Shown in pieces: positions 20,935-25,378 of a DNA stretch of 25,378 bases. A program made the translations under genes and the position numbers. Positions within the stretch are counted from its first letter, which is position 1. The number at the start of each line of letters is the position of its first letter. The stretch comes from Eledone cirrhosa (Eukaryota): the NCBI GenBank assembly GCA_964016885.1, contig CAXHJY010000733.1, positions 1 through 25,378 on the forward strand. The letters are read 5' to 3'. Under the pieces are notes generated by a model, which saw only the letters and a program-made list of their open reading frames with translations, was not told the DNA's origin and made no database searches.

Positions 20935-21620
20935 CAATTTTTACAAACAGCCACAATGACAGGACGGAGACATCGTTATGCTAGCAGGGGATTTCAATGG
21001 TCATGTTGGACAGCTCCAGGTATGATTGAGACATACAGGAAGATGTGGAAAAAAGAAAGGTCTGGAAGCTAAAAGAGATTTCACTAAAATAGAAATTTAG
21101 GAAAGCCCTTCAATATGTGTATGACGAAAAAGAAGACGATTCACAGTCGTATGACATACATGAGAACTCGATTTTCTTATGTGACAACTTATTGCAGGCT
21201 ACTGATTAAACTTGTGGCTGGATCAGAGTTCCAACCAGACAGAGAGTGACATGGTGGTGGGACAGCACGGTAGATCGGGCCATTGGAGACTAAAGGCTAG
21301 CATGGAATGCTTGGAAAATTAGTGGGAGTAGAGAAGAATATAAAGCCGCCGCTAAGAGAGAAGCTAGACGTCAGGTGTACTTAGCATGGCAAGGAGGCTG
21401 ATCGACGGGAAGAAGATCAAAGACGTGCGGTGTTCCGTATTGCGAGGCAGTGTGTCAGTGCAATTCGGGATTAAGTCTGTCCGCAATGATGCCGCTGGCT
21501 GTACTTTGTGTCACGAAAGAGGACAAAACTCTATTCCGTCAGGGAAATGGCCATGTTCGATATGCAGAAAAGGAACTGGCATAAATTATATAAAATGTAC
21601 ACAATGCAGATCTAACTAAC
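20935..21620 (+). mobile_element. Fragmented RTE LINE (APE, linker, Cys cluster)
   Basis: DIVMLAGDFNGHVG at ~20968-21010, TWWWDSTVDRAI at ~21250, and KWPCSICRKG at ~21545. Confidence 0.8.
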
Positions 21621-21760
21621 AGCATATTTTGATTATAATAAAACAAATAATAATAGTAATAATAATAATAATTATCTTTGTTCTTTTCTTCTGTTGTATC
21701 CTCTGCCGTTTGTCATCTGAATAAGAAAAGAAAAGAAAAACAAAACAATGTTAAAAACAA

Positions 21761-22083
21761 AGAGAGAGAGAGAGAGATGGGTTAGGGTTGGGTTAGGGTT
21801 ATACGTTTATATCTATCTCTCTCTCTCTCTCTGTCTCTCTCTCTACTACTAGAGAGAGAGAGAGAGGGGGGAATAGAGAGAGAGAGGGGGGAGAGAGAGA
21901 GGTTAGGGTTGGGTTAGGGTTATACGTTTATATCTCTCTCTCTCTTTGTCTCTCTCTCTCTACTACTAGAGAGAGAGAGAGGGGGGGAGAAATAGAGAGA
22001 GAGAGATGGGTTAGGGTTATACGTTTATATCTCTCTCTCTCTCTTTGTCTCTCTCTCTACTACTAGAGAGAGAGAGAGGGGGT

Positions 22084-22114
<31 letters not shown>

Positions 22115-22455
22115 TGGGTTAGGGTTAGGTTAGAGTTAGGGTTGGGGTTAGGGTTAGGGTTGGGTTAGAGTTGGGTTAGGGTTTGGTTAGGGTTATACGT
22201 TTATATCTCTCTCTCTCTTTGTCTCTCTCTACTACTGGAGAGAGAGAGAGAGAAATAGAGAGAGGGAGGGGTAGAGGGAGAGTGAGAGAGAGAAGAGAGA
22301 GAGAGGGGGAGAGAGAGAGTGAGAGAGATGGGTTAGGTTTAGGGTTATACGTTTATATCTCTCTCTCTCTCTACTACTAGAGAGAGAGAGAGGGGGGGAG
22401 AGACAGAGAGAGAGAGGGGGGATAGAGGCAGAGTGAGAGACAGGGAGAGAGACAG
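21761..22455. repeat. Composite repeat: TTAGGG variants, TTATACGTTTATA, (TC)n, TACTACT, (GA)n; 5 units
   Basis: The anchor GGGTTATACGTTTATA occurs at ~21796, 21917, 22014, 22190 and 22342. Confidence 0.9.
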
Positions 22456-22477
22456 ATATATATATATATACACACAC

Positions 22478-22510
<33 letters not shown>

Positions 22511-22577
22511 CACACGTGTGTGTGTATATATATATATATATATACACGTGTGTGTGTATATATATACACACACACAC

Positions 22578-22631
<54 letters not shown>

Positions 22632-22634
22632 GTG

Positions 22635-22665
<31 letters not shown>

Positions 22666-22671
22666 GTGTGC

Positions 22672-22752
<81 letters not shown>
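22455..22752. repeat. (TA)n/(CA)n/CACGTG compound microsatellite
   Basis: Read directly. Confidence 0.95.
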
Positions 22753-22979
22753 CAAACGTACAAAGTTATAATTAGATGTGATGCAATTTCTGTAACGGTT
22801 CAAGAGAGCGTGAAGTAGACGTAAGTGTTAGCATTACTCTTTCTCTTTTGATAAGAGAAAGAGTAAGAAATGTAAGGTCGCACGCTTTAAAATATCTCTC
22901 TGTATGTCTGGCTGTCTGCAACACGTCAAGTCTTAATTGTGTGTGTGTGATATATACGATATTCTGTGTCTGTGTCTGC

Positions 22980-22982
<3 letters not shown>

Positions 22983-23031
<49 letters not shown>

Positions 23032-23066
23032 TATACATAAATACATATATATATATATATATATAT
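22983..23066. repeat. (TG)n and (TA)n microsatellites
   Basis: Read directly. Confidence 0.9.
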
Positions 23067-23137
23067 TTGATATTAAACAAATGGAAATTACATTTATAAA
23101 ACCATATTTATTTCATTATATATATTTCAGGGATATC

Positions 23138-23212
23138 ATATTTAATATTTAATATCTAATATCTAATATTTAATATTTAATATCTAATAGTTAATATTTA
23201 ATATTTAATATC
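23138..23212. repeat. 7-bp (AT(T/C)TAAT)n minisatellite
   Basis: Read directly. Confidence 0.85.
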
Positions 23213-23284
23213 GTAAAATACAGTACCAGTAATACACTGCGTAACGTAGAAACAATTATTATATATATATATATATACACACAC

Positions 23285-23325
<41 letters not shown>

Positions 23326-24197
23326 CATGTTAACGTGATTCAGGTAATTATAAAATCAAATCATGGTTATCAAATAAATTGGATTTAATAATTTATATTT
23401 CATAGTAAATAGTTATGAATTTAAAAAAAGCCAACAATCTTTTAAGACCATGTTGAAATAAATTTTAAAATACTTACAGTTTCAGTTGGAAAAAATTAAA
23501 TTGCTTCTTAAAGACTATTTCACGAACATTTTCAGTGGAGATGGTCAAATTTGGAATTCTATGCTTGGCAAAGCTCAACTCGATAACAAAAAAAATATAT
23601 ATATATGTGTGTGTATATCTCTGGACGCAAGCTAGAGCTGGCGAATATGATGTTACTGTTTAGATTATTTCAGCCTTAATGAATCTTTCAATTTAAGAGA
23701 GAGAGAGCTGATGAAATATAGAGAGAGTGAAACTGCTTTAATTAAGTCTATCTATCTAAAAAGAGAGAGAGTAAGACTTTTAACGTCGCACGCTTTAAAA
23801 TATGTGTCTGTATGCCTGACTGTCTGCAACCCGTCGTTCAAGCGCGTATACATATTTTTTTTATTGATCACATAATCTATTTATTTGGTCAAATCTCGAA
23901 TTTCTTCAAATGAAGGTTTATCTTAACTCCGAGTAATGTTACTGAACTAATTAAATTGATTTCTAATATTTATATACACATTATCGATATTTAAAAATTA
24001 CTAAAATAATTATTTTTTAACTGTTTATATTCAAATATTAAAAGGCGCAATTTCGCGATGTTTTCACACGTACAGTTAAACAGACACACATCATACTTGT
24101 GTATACCTTATGAACAAGGCCAGCAATTAGAAAGACACCTATATCTAATATGTATTGAGTACCTTAGTTACTGTGGTTAATACCGACTCAACCAGTG

Positions 24198-24203
24198 ACC
24201 TAC

Positions 24204-24267
<64 letters not shown>

Positions 24268-24273
24268 GTAGGT
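24198..24273. repeat. Perfect 76-bp palindrome ACCTACG-(TA)31-CGTAGGT
   Basis: Read directly. Confidence 0.9.
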
Positions 24274-24315
24274 TCCCCCGAACCATGCATGTGTGTGTCA
24301 TTTGGCAGAGGAGGG

Positions 24316-24452
24316 GAAAGTCGATTAAATCGACCCCAGTACATTACTGGTGCTTTATTTTATCGACCCCGTAAGGATGAAAGGCAAAGTTAACCTCGGC
24401 GTGATTTGAACTCAGACCATAAAGAGACGTAACTCTATGCTGGAAAGCATGG
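24316..24452 (-). mobile_element. tRNA-derived SINE, the best-preserved copy in the window
   Basis: GTCGATTAAATCGACCCCAGT...TTTTATCGACCCCGTAAGGATGAAAGGCAAAG...GATTTGAACTCAG, with a B box on the minus strand. Confidence 0.8.
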
Positions 24453-24491
24453 CGACCGACTTGGGTATAGCGTCGGTTAGCAGGCCAAGCC

Positions 24492-25063
24492 ATGGACCTG
24501 GGTGCTTTTTGAAATGACACCTACATGACCACTTTACAGTGTGGACTGGGTGCTTTGTTGTGACAGCTACATGGCTACTTTACATTGTGGACTGGTTACT
24601 CTCCATCATGACACCTACATGAACACTTTACAGGGTGGACTGGGTGCTATTTGTCATGACACCTACATGACCACTTTACAGAGTAGACTGGGTGCTTTTT
24701 TAGTGACACCTACATGACCACTTTACTGTGTGGACTGGGTGCTTTTTATCATGACACCTACACAACCACTTTACAGGGTGGACTGGGTGCTTTTGGTTCT
24801 GACACCTACACAACCACTTTACAGTGTCGACTGGGTGCTTTTTGTTATGACACCTATACAACCACTTTACAATAATGACTGGTACTTTTTGTTGTGACAC
24901 CTACATGACCACTTTACAGTGTGGACTAGATGTCTTTGTTGTGACACTTACACAACCTCTTTACAGAGTGGACTGAGTGCCTTTTGTTATGACACCAACA
25001 CATCAACTTTACAGAGTGGACTGGGTGCTTTTGTTGTGACTTGTACACTACCACTTTACAGTC
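24492..25063. repeat. ~47-48 bp minisatellite, ~12 copies
   Basis: Consensus TGGACTGGGTGCTTTTTGTTGTGACACCTACATGACCACTTTACAG.G. Confidence 0.92.
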
Positions 25064-25149
25064 TAAAGGTGGTGTGTACAGAAGTGGGAGTGTGGGAGTT
25101 TGGAAAGGAGTATAGTGGTTAGGAGGGGCCTACTAGATGTATGTTTGAG

Positions 25150-25378
25150 TCCGTGCACATTGGAAAGCAGGCCTTCTGTATTGCTGCATACATCTCAAGA
25201 TCTCTATCCTGTGTCATTGTCTTTGAGAGTTGCAATTGTGCAAAGTCATCTTTTATCACCTCATCCCAGGTCATCCTGGGTCTTCCGCCTTCATAACTTC
25301 CATCAACTTTGATTGCCCAGCACATTTTTATACAGCTGTCATCCTTTATACCCATCACATGACCATACCAATGTAATC
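25150..25378 (-). mobile_element. RTE LINE 3' end, continuing beyond the window
   Basis: LHWYGHVMG...GGRPRMTWDEVIKDD, the RTE C-terminal signature. Confidence 0.8.

Noticed and set aside
22183-23152. YI/CV/TH-rich ORFs
   Set aside because: They are microsatellite translations.

Overview
Repeat-dense animal nuclear DNA with no intact protein-coding gene. The SINE and RTE-LINE motifs and TTAGGG repeats suggest a cephalopod, probably Octopus (inference). The main structure is a degenerate rDNA unit on the minus strand (about 12165 down to 3185). In transcription order it runs: 169/172-bp spacer repeats, a putative 5' ETS, the first ~190 nt of 18S, a 6.8-kb tandem array, and the 3' end of 28S. 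The array replaces the whole middle of the operon. Its ~317-bp monomer is a patchwork of short, highly conserved 18S and 28S motifs, joined out of order at microhomologies. The unit is fused to (TTAGGG)n on its right. On its left lie a C-rich telomere-like 16-bp repeat and a palindrome with 309-bp arms. The right half of the window holds RTE, CRE-like and Dong/R4-like LINE fragments, SINEs, several satellites, a second orphan copy of the spacer/ETS sequence, a duplication showing filled and empty sites of an inverted retroelement insertion, and possible decayed exons. All long ORFs in the track are repeat artefacts. Family assignments come from recalled motifs, not database searches, and some boundaries are approximate.
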